Positions 8,458 through 17,160 are shown, counted from the first letter of the stretch. The stretch is DNA of 25,605 nt from a virus (IMGVR_UViG_3300037423_000021:1-25605); one strand, 5' to 3'. The notes: generated from the letters alone by a model not told the origin. Made by a program: numbers and translations.

Positions 8458-8459
8458 AC

Positions 8460-11408
8460 TTACAGTTTGCGCGATTGTGCCTCTGCTATGTATCCACTCA
8501 TGTTTCCACGAACAGCCTTAGTACTGCGCTGGACAGCAACCTCAACAATCGTGCCGCTGTGTGTCTTGATGCGGCTATCGGCGATATCCGCCATGCGGCC
8601 GGAGTCGTCTTGCAGAACTAGGCGGACAACGTCGGTTGAGCCAGCGCCGCGGGCGGGTATCCGGCTTGGGGTGTCTGGCATGCGTAAATCAACTGGGATT
8701 CTTCGTCCATCGGGAAGCGGCACCGCCGCTTCGGGGCCAGCCTCGCCGAAGATTGCCTGCGTGTGAGACACGCCGCCGCCAGCGAACCTCTTCAGGGGAA
8801 CTGGCTTTCCGTAAGCCGCCACACCACCATCCGCGAAGAGGAAGCTGAACAGCCCGCCAAGAAGACCGCCACCAGGCGTCCCACCAATGCCCTTGCCATC
8901 GAAGATGTTGTTGAGCGCGACCTCGAGCAGCTTATCGGCAACCTTCCCAAGCGCGTTTGACAGCGCCTCAGATGCCGACTTGCCAGCCTCGAGATCTTTG
9001 ATGAAGCCGCCAAGCACGTCTTTGCCGAGCGCAGATGACTCTGCCATTTTTGCGCTAAGGTCTTCGACGCCTTTCTGCATTTGATTGCGGGCGGCGTCGG
9101 CCTTTGCGTACTTCTCGGCCAACGCATCGATCTTGGCCGCATACTCCGGCGTAATTTCTACGCCGGCCGCCATGGCGTCATTGATGAGCTTCTGCTTTAT
9201 TTCGGCTTTCGACTGCGCATAGCCGTAATCGTTAATAAGCGGATTGACCAAGCCTAGCGCCTTGGCTTCCTCATTCAGCAGGTCGATTTGCCGCTGCGTA
9301 TCGCCAAGGTTGGTGTTGAACTTGTCATCGGCCTTGACAGCCTTCTGAACGCCGGATGGAGATCCGCCAAGGAACAGGTCAGCCTCGGTATTGCGGCGGT
9401 CTTTGTTGATTCCGCCGTTGTCGGTTCCAAGCCCGCGGATCGCCTTGACAATCGTCGCTTGGTTGCCAGACTTGATTGCTTCAACGATTCGCTCTGGAAG
9501 TGACCCGTAGTTATAGGCGATCGATGTCAGCGCAGCCTGCTGCTTCTCATCGAAGCTATTGAACGTGTCGCCGCCGATCTGCTTTTTGATGCCGTCTTGA
9601 AACTCACCAATGCGGCGCACAAGGTCGCGGTTGGCATCGGCAACAGAAACCGACATTCCTTCGGTGATCTTTTGGATCGTGCCGTCAGCAAGGGTAACAG
9701 TGTCAGAGCCATAACCGGCGCGGTAAGCATTGACGTCGTATTTAGGCTTCGAAATGAAGCCTTCAAAATCCTTGATGACGCCTACCGCCGCATTGACGCT
9801 CGCCGTTTGCTGCTTGGCGATATCCTCGGCTGCAATCTCTTTCGCCGCTTGGATTTTCGCCGCAGCATCGGTGATGGCTACGCCGACCTTTTGGGCTGCG
9901 CTGGTTATCTCCTTGGCGCGCTCGTCAACCTGCTTTTGCAGAGTGCTTGCCGCCTCGGCGTTGCGCTGGTCAAAGAACTTTTGCGTCTGGTCCTGTTCAT
10001 GCTGTATGGCGAAGCCAGCCGCACGAGGATCCGGAGCGGCAACGTCAACGCCGGCCCTCGCAGCGCGCGCCAGAGCTTCGACCTTCTGGAGTTTGTCCAG
10101 CAGTTCGTCAAAAACCGACAGCAAGCGCGAATACATCGGATCGTCGCCGAAGAGCGCATGGAGCGCCCCCTTGGCGGCGTTGGCGTGAAGCGTACCGTCG
10201 TCCATCTGCTTTTTGAGCGCGTCGAACGTCGCAACGGCATCAGGCTTCAGTTCGACAATGGAATCGCGGAAGTCACCGAATGCGGAGTCGAGCGCAAGCA
10301 CCTCCTTGCGCGCCGGCACCAGGGCATCCATGCTATCGAGTATGGCCTTGATGTCGCCGTTGCCAGCAATTGCGCCACCGACCCTATCCAGGCCCGTTAC
10401 GTTGCCGATTAAGGCGCCGGTCTTCTCTGCAAACGCATTGATGACATTAAGCGCGTCCGCCACCTTAGTAAGGTATGCAACGCCATCGCTATTTTTCAGC
10501 CCGTCAAGCGAGGTTGCAAGGCTGTCAATTGCGCCCACAAGGTCGTGACCGAGGAAGTTCTTCACTTCCGAGCCAACGCCAGACACTTCGGCCAGTTTGC
10601 CAACAAAGGCGGTGAGCGCATTCCCAACCAGCGTAAGATTGTCACCAATCGTCGCCTGCGTGGCGCCAAACGCCTTGTCGATCAACGGCTTTGCATCAAG
10701 GATGGCCTTGAACACGCGGTCGACGGACAGTTTGCCGTCTGCGCCAAGCTGTTTTAGCCCGCCGATAGTAGTCTTGAATTCGTTAGCGATCGCCTGCGCA
10801 ATAAGCGGTGCATTCTCGCGAATGGACCTAAGTTCGTCGCCCTGCAGGATGCCGCTAGAAAGCGCCTGGCTAAGCTGCAGAATGCCAGCTGCTTGTTCGC
10901 TCGCCTCGGCACCACCCGCCTTGAATGCCTTGTTGACGATCTCAGTAGCGTCGGCAACCTGTTGCTCATTCTTGGCAACGCCAGCCGTGGCGCGCAGAAG
11001 CTTGGCGTAAAGGTCGACGGTCTCCGTCAGGCCGGAACGTGTATCTGTGGCGATCTGGTTGATTGCGTCTAGCGACCTTGCCGACCGACCGCTTACGACT
11101 GCGGAGGCCGCAATCTTGTTGCTCGCCGTTGTCCACGCGTCGGCATAGTCCTTGATCTTATCGACCGCGAAGGCGCCCGCAAGTCCCGCAGCGCCACCCT
11201 TAAGGCTATCAATGCCACCTTTCAGTCCGCCGAACGACAAGTTGCCGAACGAAAGACCTTCGTTCAGTTTCTTGTTGGTGTCCTGAAACGTGCGCTGGAT
11301 GTCGGTAAGCTGCTTTTTGGCCGTAGCATTAGCCTTGGTAAGCGCCCTCTCAAACTTGGTCGTTGAAGCGTCGAGCGAGACGATAAGGCGCTCTAAATCA
11401 GTTGCCAT
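8460..11408 (-). CDS. Tail tape measure protein with internal lysozyme domain
   Basis: 982 aa, Ala-rich helical. Tape-measure motif 'QLSQALSSGILQGDELRSIRENAP'; GH24-like segment at about aa 537-679; C-terminal 'FADGG...GEAGPEAAVP'. Confidence 0.95.
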   Translation of the reverse strand: MATDLERLIVSLDASTTKFERALTKANATAKKQLTDIQRTFQDTNKKLNEGLSFGNLSFGGLKGGIDSLKGGAAGLAGAFAVDKIKDYADAWTTASNKIAASAVVSGRSARSLDAINQIATDTRSGLTETVDLYAKLLRATAGVAKNEQQVADATEIVNKAFKAGGAEASEQAAGILQLSQALSSGILQGDELRSIRENAPLIAQAIANEFKTTIGGLKQLGADGKLSVDRVFKAILDAKPLIDKAFGATQATIGDNLTLVGNALTAFVGKLAEVSGVGSEVKNFLGHDLVGAIDSLATSLDGLKNSDGVAYLTKVADALNVINAFAEKTGALIGNVTGLDRVGGAIAGNGDIKAILDSMDALVPARKEVLALDSAFGDFRDSIVELKPDAVATFDALKKQMDDGTLHANAAKGALHALFGDDPMYSRLLSVFDELLDKLQKVEALARAARAGVDVAAPDPRAAGFAIQHEQDQTQKFFDQRNAEAASTLQKQVDERAKEITSAAQKVGVAITDAAAKIQAAKEIAAEDIAKQQTASVNAAVGVIKDFEGFISKPKYDVNAYRAGYGSDTVTLADGTIQKITEGMSVSVADANRDLVRRIGEFQDGIKKQIGGDTFNSFDEKQQAALTSIAYNYGSLPERIVEAIKSGNQATIVKAIRGLGTDNGGINKDRRNTEADLFLGGSPSGVQKAVKADDKFNTNLGDTQRQIDLLNEEAKALGLVNPLINDYGYAQSKAEIKQKLINDAMAAGVEITPEYAAKIDALAEKYAKADAARNQMQKGVEDLSAKMAESSALGKDVLGGFIKDLEAGKSASEALSNALGKVADKLLEVALNNIFDGKGIGGTPGGGLLGGLFSFLFADGGVAAYGKPVPLKRFAGGGVSHTQAIFGEAGPEAAVPLPDGRRIPVDLRMPDTPSRIPARGAGSTDVVRLVLQDDSGRMADIADSRIKTHSGTIVEVAVQRSTKAVRGNMSGYIAEAQSRKL

Positions 11409-11430
11409 CGCCTTCGCTCCGTGCTATAGG
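11402..11430 (+). promoter_or_regulatory. Putative promoter for a leaderless antisense moron
   Basis: TTGCCA(11402-11407)-17 bp-TATAGG(11425-11430), with an ATG 7 nt downstream. Overlaps the TMP start codon and RBS on the other strand. Confidence 0.5.
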
Positions 11431-11437
11431 CGCGCAC

Positions 11438-11590
11438 ATGGACACGCGCACCGCAGTTTTTATTCTTGCTTGCTTGGTATTCGCCGGTTCGGCGATCGCC
11501 GAACGCCATCCGCGCTCCGGCATCATTGAGGCCGCATACAAAACGCAGGTCGAAAGCCATCAGTCGACAAACATCATCGACTTGCGCTAA
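11438..11590 (+). CDS. Small exported or membrane protein (50 aa moron)
   Basis: MDTRTAVFILACLVFAGSAIA-ERHPRS...: signal-peptide-like with an AIA cleavage motif. Fills the gap between the tail chaperone extension and the TMP. Confidence 0.55.
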   Translation: MDTRTAVFILACLVFAGSAIAERHPRSGIIEAAYKTQVESHQSTNIIDLR

Positions 11591-11826
11591 TCGTCAAAGC
11601 CAGCAATACCCAACTCGCTAAGCCTATCATCACCGATAACGGTTTGATCTTTTTTCGGCTTGCCGCCATTGGCTTCTGAATAGCCTTGCGTGGCGTCAAC
11701 GAATTCAAGCAGCGTCATCAGGCCAATTGGCTGATGCAGAACGCCAGCCCACTTGTAGATTTCCGACCAGCGAATCTTCCCGCGCGGCAGCGGCTTTAAT
11801 CTTCCGCTACCGCTTTCGGTTCCCCC
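11587..11826 (-). CDS. Tail assembly chaperone -1 frameshift extension (gpT-like)
   Basis: The -1 frame is open for 79 codons from G GGG GAA (11826-11820): GGTESGSGRLKPLPRGKIRWSEIYKWAGVLHQPIGLMTLLEFVDATQGYSEANGGKPKKDQ...GFDD*. Confidence 0.8.
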   Translation of the reverse strand, partial: GGTESGSGRLKPLPRGKIRWSEIYKWAGVLHQPIGLMTLLEFVDATQGYSEANGGKPKKDQTVIGDDRLSELGIAGFDD

Positions 11827-12143
11827 GCGTCGTCCCCACCCTCCTCGCTAAACAGCGTATGAGAAAGGATAGCGCGCGCCAGGAGGACGTGCTTGACGCC
11901 GAAGTCCTCTTCGATGTGACGGCGAACTAGTTTACGCGCATCTTCCTTATCCAACCCGCCGCCCTCGAGTGCCAGGCGGATCGTCGAAATGATGTCGTCG
12001 ACGCGCCATTCGCCATTGATAAGGCGAGATAGGATAAACGCCGGCCCAGCATCGCAGCGCTCTTGTAGAGCTCGCAATAGATCGATCGTGAGCAGGAAGG
12101 TGTTTTCCCCTCCCGCCCACGTTATGTCGACTCCTCTAGCCAT
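11796..12143 (-). CDS. Tail assembly chaperone (GTA gp10-like, gpG equivalent)
   Basis: 115 aa. 'WAGGE..F.L....LRALQERCDAGP..IL.RL..G.WRVDDI..TIRL.LEGGG'; lies between tail tube and TMP. Confidence 0.85.
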   Translation of the reverse strand: MARGVDITWAGGENTFLLTIDLLRALQERCDAGPAFILSRLINGEWRVDDIISTIRLALEGGGLDKEDARKLVRRHIEEDFGVKHVLLARAILSHTLFSEEGGDDAGEPKAVAED

Positions 12144-12155
12144 TCACGGCTCCTA

Positions 12156-12602
12156 TTACGGCTTGTTCGTGCGAGTCGGCGCGCCCGAGAACTGAAGCTC
12201 GATATCCGCGGTCACCTTCTTGCCCTTGGTGCGCTGATTGGTCAGGTGCGCCAGGAGGGCCGGGCCGGACTCCATGTAGATATCGCCGGAAAGCGCCGCG
12301 GTGTCGCGAATGCGAACATTCTTCGTAGCCGAGGAGTAATACCAGGCCTTGAGCAAGCTCTGGTTCGACTGCGCCCAAATGCCGGTTGCCGACACGGAGA
12401 CTTCAATCGAGCGGACCTGCTTTTCAATGCTAAGCGGGAGCGACTCGTCGGCGCAGTCCGGGATTTCCGAGCTGTCAATCGTCGCGGTGCGCGTAATGGT
12501 GACATCGGTCATGCCGCAGATCGAGGTGTAAACCCCGCTGCCAGCGACGAACTCGACGTCGAGGATCATTTCCTCAAATTTTTCTGTGACAGGCGTTGCC
12601 AT
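12156..12602 (-). CDS. Major tail tube protein
   Basis: 148 aa. 'ICGMT...IPDCADE' and 'ESGPALL..L', AAAGG RBS, canonical position. Confidence 0.88.
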   Translation of the reverse strand: MATPVTEKFEEMILDVEFVAGSGVYTSICGMTDVTITRTATIDSSEIPDCADESLPLSIEKQVRSIEVSVSATGIWAQSNQSLLKAWYYSSATKNVRIRDTAALSGDIYMESGPALLAHLTNQRTKGKKVTADIELQFSGAPTRTNKP

Positions 12603-12619
12603 GGTTGGCCTTTCTGTAT

Positions 12620-12642
12620 GAAAAAGGCCGCGCTAGGCGGCC
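12620..12642 (-). terminator. Intrinsic terminator just upstream of the tail tube gene
   Basis: Minus strand GGCCGC-CTAGC-GCGGCC-TTTTTC; the loop contains the upstream stop codon. Confidence 0.65.
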
Positions 12643-12854
12643 GGTTCTTTGGTTGGTTCGGCAGACTTGCGGCCCTTGCCGGGCGGCTTCATCTCTGTCG
12701 CCTTGCCGGCCGCTACAGCGGCATCGACAAGATCGCGCGGGTAGTTCTGCGGCTCCGGACTTGCTGCAACCTCAAAGGCTACAGGCTGACGCGGGCGCCT
12801 ATCGTAGTGGAACGCATCGCTAAACACGGCCCACGCCATTTCTTCATTCTCCAT
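12633..12854 (-). CDS. Hypothetical phage protein (73 aa)
   Basis: TAATG coupling to the DUF3168 gene stop with a GAGGAG RBS; fills the gap before the tail tube gene. Confidence 0.7.
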   Translation of the reverse strand: MENEEMAWAVFSDAFHYDRRPRQPVAFEVAASPEPQNYPRDLVDAAVAAGKATEMKPPGKGRKSAEPTKEPAA

Positions 12855-13273
12855 TACGACTCCTCGATAAGCGCCGTAACGGTGATAATGCCGTGCGACG
12901 TAAGCCCGTCAGGATCTCTTACGTACCGCATTGCCGGCACGCGGATTTCGACAAGCGCGTTTTCGGTTGAGATTGTCAGGCTGGCCTCGTGCAAGACCTT
13001 CTTAACGCGGTCGCCAATCTGCTTGCATGCTGGGAAGCCAACCAGGCGGCTCCACACATCCAATTGGAATGTATGCTCGCCTGATACAATGCAGCCTTCA
13101 TCGTCCTCAACGTAATCGTGCGGACCAAAGCTAATATATGCCTGTTTAGGCAACGCAAATGCAGTTGTGGATGCTGGTGGCTGATCCCACACGCCATTGA
13201 TTAGCGCCATAAGCGGCGCGTCGTTCTTGAGCGTGTTGAGGATCAAGTCTTGCAGGTCTAACGCAGCGCTCAT
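12854..13273 (-). CDS. Tail terminator / tail completion protein (DUF3168)
   Basis: 'ALDLQ..I...LK.DA.L..LI..VWD.PP', 'YISFG', 'QLDVWS', 'DPDGLTSHG'. Confidence 0.9.
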   Translation of the reverse strand: MSAALDLQDLILNTLKNDAPLMALINGVWDQPPASTTAFALPKQAYISFGPHDYVEDDEGCIVSGEHTFQLDVWSRLVGFPACKQIGDRVKKVLHEASLTISTENALVEIRVPAMRYVRDPDGLTSHGIITVTALIEES

Positions 13274-13728
13274 TTGACTCCGTCCTTAACGCCCTTGGTA
13301 ATGGCGCGAGTTATGGCCGCATTGGCGCTACGCCTGTTGGCGCGATAGATCGGATAAAAGAACGGGTGTGCAGGCATGCCTTGCCGCCCAAACTCTTGGA
13401 ACCAGGCGTAATACTCATCGCCGGCGCCTGCAAAGATGCTGATGCGCAGACCGGTCTTATCGGCGCCCTGCTTAAATGTCCTGCCGCCTTTACCAACACC
13501 AACGTGACCGATGGTCATAGTGCCTTTAGGCGCATTGCCCCAGCACCAGCTAATGCTCATCTGCAGGTCGCCGGTATCAAACGGCGCGTGACGCTTCATC
13601 TGCGCAACTATCTTATCGGCTTGAGCCGCCAAAACATCACGCACTTGATTGTAGACGCTTTGGGGGATTGCCTTTGTGAGCTTGCGATTTAGGTTCGCAA
13701 GCCCTTGGGTAATGTTGTTGTCCACCAT
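13270..13728 (-). CDS. HK97 gp10-like neck/tail completion protein
   Basis: Start moved to ATG 13728. 'AP.DTGDLQMSI' and 'YAWFQEFG...MPAHPFFYP'. Confidence 0.88.
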   Translation of the reverse strand: MVDNNITQGLANLNRKLTKAIPQSVYNQVRDVLAAQADKIVAQMKRHAPFDTGDLQMSISWCWGNAPKGTMTIGHVGVGKGGRTFKQGADKTGLRISIFAGAGDEYYAWFQEFGRQGMPAHPFFYPIYRANRRSANAAITRAITKGVKDGVK

Positions 13729-13736
13729 ACGCGTTG

Positions 13737-14090
13737 TTACCCGCTGGCTACGCCAGTCTCGCAAAGGAAGGACAGATATCCACGGTCATCCGATTCCTGC
13801 GGCTGCTCGCGGATGTTGAACACCTCGCCGCTTCGAGTATCTATCGCTCGCCAGTCAGCCGTAATCTGCTGAGTTGCTAAGCTTCGCCGAACCATTACCG
13901 TGGCTAGTGTCTTGGCTGTCAGCCTGGCCGCCATGACTGCCTCACCGGCACCGCGGAGAATGTATTTGCGATTGCCGGCGACGGTGAATTGCGGAAACCA
14001 GTCGGCTACGGTGTTGCCGTGGCCATCATCAACGTTGACGCGAACCTGAAACTGGAAGCGCCGGTCTAGACGTCCAGCGCCGTCACCCAT
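13737..14090 (-). CDS. Head closure protein (SPP1 gp16-like)
   Basis: 'AGRLDRRFQFQ...DDGHGN....W', 'GEAVMAARL', 'ITADWR..D..SG.VFNI'. Confidence 0.88.
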   Translation of the reverse strand: MGDGAGRLDRRFQFQVRVNVDDGHGNTVADWFPQFTVAGNRKYILRGAGEAVMAARLTAKTLATVMVRRSLATQQITADWRAIDTRSGEVFNIREQPQESDDRGYLSFLCETGVASG

Positions 14091-14500
14091 TACAGCGACA
14101 CGCCAGCCGACTGAATATTGATATTAAGGACAGTCGTGGATGTCGCCATGCCGAGGACGCATGGATACATGCCTGCCGTGAGGTCTGCCACTGCGCACAT
14201 GCCGCCAGGATTGGACGACTGATAGTAAGCAACGCCAGCCGTGAGTGTGCCACCGATCGTGCATGGACCGGACGGCTGGATATCGATCGGCTGATTGGCC
14301 GCGGCGTTGTTCAGGGCTACGCCAACAGGCACGCGCTGCGCAGCCGTGGCCGAGTTGTTGTCGGCCAGAGCATACTTGCCCGTCGTCGGATCGAGATAGA
14401 CCCACTGCCCTGCGGTAATCGCTACGCCGGCCGTGCCGCTAGTGATCTTGACGCCGGAGCCGGCGACCACATTGGCCGCCGTAATTACGATGTCGGTCAA
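14090..14500 (-). CDS. Putative capsid decoration/cement protein (DUF2190-like beta fold)
   Basis: TTG start with GGAGG RBS. 'AGVAITAGQWVY...ALAD...VGVALNNAAANQPI...G...GGTLTAG..YY.S..PG'. Confidence 0.65.
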   Translation of the reverse strand: MTDIVITAANVVAGSGVKITSGTAGVAITAGQWVYLDPTTGKYALADNNSATAAQRVPVGVALNNAAANQPIDIQPSGPCTIGGTLTAGVAYYQSSNPGGMCAVADLTAGMYPCVLGMATSTTVLNINIQSAGVSL

Positions 14501-14525
14501 TGTGACCTCCTATATGTTAGAGAGT

Positions 14526-15746
14526 TTATCCAAGGCTCAACAATTGCAGTTGCGCCCTCGAGAGAGGCGCCGTCATCAGCCCAAGCCGATAGCAATAGCC
14601 GGCCATGCCGTTATTGCCTGCGCCGTTGGTCATCAAATCCCAATGGTCTAGAGCGCCGTCTGGATTGCCGCTTGGCGTCGAGGCGCACAACACGCCGTTG
14701 ACGGCTAGGTCTAGCGTGGCATCGGCGCGCGAACTTACCGAGACGCGATTTCGAGCGCGCAAGCCATAATTGATCGCAGACAAAGGTACGGTTGCCGTGC
14801 CAGTGCCGACAATGAATTGAACATTGCCGCCCGACATGTTCAGGAACGTGTTTGATGCGCCGGTAAAGATGAAGCCGCCAGAAGCGCGCTCAACACTAAA
14901 TTCGAAATAGCCAGACCAACGGCCACGCAACAGGCCAACGCCAGGACCGGCATCCGTTGACAGTGCGGCTTGTCGGCAATGGCCTGGATTAATGCCCGCC
15001 GTTGTCGTTACAACGCGCTCCATGCGCTTGCAATTTTCAAAACCGGCAGTGACGCCGGTCGCAAGCGGGAAATCGACAATGATGCTATCGCCGATGTTAG
15101 CAAGTCGGATGCCATGAACGGCATTGGTGACGGTCTGCTGTATCCATACCGGATTGAACGTGTCGAAGTTGGCCGGCGCGGTTTTGCCGGTCCAAGTCGT
15201 GCCGTCCAGCGACATATCAAACGCATTGGTCGAACCGGCCATGACATCCAATTGCCAATGCCGATTTGCAGATGCATTTGTGATCGATTGCGTCAGCGTC
15301 GCATTTGGCGCGGTCGCCGTTAGCGTAAATGCGCTATTGGCGACGCCATCGGCGCCTGTGGCGTTCTTTGTCACGGTCATGCCGGCTGCCGTCCAAGCCG
15401 CATTAGTGAGCGTGCGGCTTTGGAGGAGGCTTGCGGTGTTCGGCGCGGTTGTGTAGAGGCCAGCCGAAGTGCGGCGAGGCCTGGTCGCGGCTATGCTGAC
15501 TAGAATGCCATCGGAGCGCGGTAGATACGTTGCGCCAACATTCGCCTGTTCTCGGAACAGGCGCCCGTCATTGTTGTTGTTGTCTAGCGTTCCAAGATCG
15601 GGAAGCTGTGCGTTGTTCTCCCAATCTATTTGGTACGTGAAACCAGCCCACAATGATGCAAAGTTTTGCCCAAAAACAGGCGCGCCGTACCGAATTAGCG
15701 CCGGCCGTGTTAGCGGCTGGAAAATAGGATCAAACAGCCTACGCAC
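14526..15746 (-). CDS. Putative head spike/fibre protein with C-terminal ConA/LamG-like domain
   Basis: GTG start at 15746 overlapping the upstream stop. 'PRRTSAGLY...LLQSRTLTNAAWT...TVTKNATGADG..NSAFTL' resembles head-spike fibre motifs; C-terminal 'LDLAVNG...GYCYRLGL..APLSRAQLQ.L'. Confidence 0.6.
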   Translation of the reverse strand: MRRLFDPIFQPLTRPALIRYGAPVFGQNFASLWAGFTYQIDWENNAQLPDLGTLDNNNNDGRLFREQANVGATYLPRSDGILVSIAATRPRRTSAGLYTTAPNTASLLQSRTLTNAAWTAAGMTVTKNATGADGVANSAFTLTATAPNATLTQSITNASANRHWQLDVMAGSTNAFDMSLDGTTWTGKTAPANFDTFNPVWIQQTVTNAVHGIRLANIGDSIIVDFPLATGVTAGFENCKRMERVVTTTAGINPGHCRQAALSTDAGPGVGLLRGRWSGYFEFSVERASGGFIFTGASNTFLNMSGGNVQFIVGTGTATVPLSAINYGLRARNRVSVSSRADATLDLAVNGVLCASTPSGNPDGALDHWDLMTNGAGNNGMAGYCYRLGLMTAPLSRAQLQLLSLG

Positions 15747-16005
15747 TGAACACCCCGCACGTAGCACCTGCGACGCGCGAGAAGCGGTAGGTGCCAGGTG
15801 CGGAAATCATAAGCGAAGTAACGTCTGACGTTAGCCGCCCGACTTGATTGTATGCAGACGCATCGTCCTTAAGCGATATAAGGACGGTAGCATTGGCGTC
15901 GGTAACGCCCTTAAGACCAACCGTAACAGGAGTGCCAGCGGCAACCGTTACGTCGGCCGAATTGGCCTGCGTATTGTTGGTAGCGAGAATTTCGGCTGCC
16001 GCCAT
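15739..16005 (-). CDS. Small beta-rich virion protein, possible head-spike base (88 aa)
   Basis: AAGGAG RBS; small Ala/Thr/Val-rich protein coupled to the fibre gene. Confidence 0.6.
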   Translation of the reverse strand: MAAAEILATNNTQANSADVTVAAGTPVTVGLKGVTDANATVLISLKDDASAYNQVGRLTSDVTSLMISAPGTYRFSRVAGATCGVFSA

Positions 16006-16018
16006 GATGGCTTACTCC

Positions 16019-16408
16019 TTACGGAACCGGTTTCGTGGCTGCGTGACCAAGCATAAAGACTGCGCCATAAACTGCGCCAGTCGTCGCTCCGGCAACCGTG
16101 ACGGCAACGCGCAGATAGCGCTTGGTGCCGATATAGCCCACCTTGTAAACCTTGCTGGCCGTGCCAGCCGAGCTCACAACAGGCTTAGTGCCGAGCAAGT
16201 TGCCAGCCGCAACCGACGTGAAGGTCGAGTTGTCGTCTGATTCCTGAATGTCGAAGGTGTGCGTACCGTCAGTCCATGTGCCGACAGAGATGATGGCAGT
16301 AGCGCCAGAATAGCCGACGTCGTCAACGCCAGTGCCATTGGCAGAGGCTGTCCTAGCGGCAGGCGCAAGCGACTGGCTAAAGCCAGAGTCGTTGTATAGA
16401 TCGCGCAT
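16019..16408 (-). CDS. Putative capsid cement protein (Bbp16-like jelly roll)
   Basis: AAGGA RBS. 'A.TASANGTGVD', 'FDIQESDDNSTFT.V' and 'KRYLRV.VTV' recall the BPP-1 cement protein pattern. Confidence 0.65.
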   Translation of the reverse strand: MRDLYNDSGFSQSLAPAARTASANGTGVDDVGYSGATAIISVGTWTDGTHTFDIQESDDNSTFTSVAAGNLLGTKPVVSSAGTASKVYKVGYIGTKRYLRVAVTVAGATTGAVYGAVFMLGHAATKPVP

Positions 16409-16434
16409 TGTTTGTCCTTGCGGCCAAGCCGCGG

Positions 16435-16965
16435 TTAATAGTATCTATGATTGCTCAACAGCGAATCGAACGACGTCCAATCCGCATCACTTGCGCTCTC
16501 GCGATTCTCATAGAGATCGGCAATGCGCAGCAAAATTGCATGCTTTACGGCTGGCTCAACTGACGCAAAGCCGACAACAGCGGTAAGCGTGATAAGCGAG
16601 CCGTTCTGTATGGCCGGCCAACTCTGGCCGTACTTCAAGACGATCGCGTCGCCTCGCAACTCATAAACGCTTGTTGCCAGCGTCTGCGTTGCTCCGGCAC
16701 TATCGATGTACGAGATAGACGTTACCGATTGCGCGGGCCGCACCGGAAGATGCGAGAAATCGCACCAGTCATCCGTCTGCACCGCAACCGTTTGCGTCGC
16801 CTGGTATGCGCCACAGTATTTCTCGACGTGGTTGCGGGCAGCGGCGGTCAGATCAGTCAGATAGTCGTCGTCGTCATCGAAATCTACGCGAACCTGGCGC
16901 TTGACCTCAACGAGCGTTACCGGCTCGCTAGTCGGCGCTACCGTTACTGTCGCCGGAAGCCACAT
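16435..16965 (-). CDS. Head-tail adaptor (HK97 gp6 / phiE125 gp8-like)
   Basis: 'P.SEPVTL.EVK.QVRVD.DDDD..L..L..AAR.HVE.YC' and 'AVKHAILL.IADLYENRE'. Confidence 0.92.
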   Translation of the reverse strand: MWLPATVTVAPTSEPVTLVEVKRQVRVDFDDDDDYLTDLTAAARNHVEKYCGAYQATQTVAVQTDDWCDFSHLPVRPAQSVTSISYIDSAGATQTLATSVYELRGDAIVLKYGQSWPAIQNGSLITLTAVVGFASVEPAVKHAILLRIADLYENRESASDADWTSFDSLLSNHRYY

Positions 16966-17146
16966 CGCGCTTTCGCCTTTCCGCGGCAGGCGTTGCTACC
17001 GCGCGTTCAATCTTTGTTTCGGCAGAGGGAACAGCAAAGCCAGCCTCGATAAGGCGAATTGCGTCCTCATTGTCCCAATCGTGCTCATCACCTGCGTTGA
17101 ACGCCTGATAAGTGCCGGCGAGACTCACAAGAAGTTTGATTTTCAT
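16928..17146 (-). CDS. Small hypothetical protein following the major capsid gene (72 aa)
   Basis: Start moved to ATG 17146 (GGAGG RBS). 'MKIKLLVSLAG...AGDEHD...DAIRLIEAGFAVP'. Confidence 0.75.
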   Translation of the reverse strand: MKIKLLVSLAGTYQAFNAGDEHDWDNEDAIRLIEAGFAVPSAETKIERAVATPAAERRKRDVASGDSNGSAD

Positions 17147-17160
17147 TTCGCCTCCGAGGA

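Noticed and set aside
7462-8460. Group I intron around the endonuclease
   Set aside because: The flanks are 0 and 59 nt, leaving no room for a ribozyme core, and both neighbouring genes look intact.
1146-11432. Isolated ATAGGC(A/G) half-sites near the two moron promoters (1146, 11426)
   Set aside because: They lack a partner half-site at N4, and 6-7-mers of this kind also occur inside CDSs (e.g. 546, 9513), so chance is sufficient.
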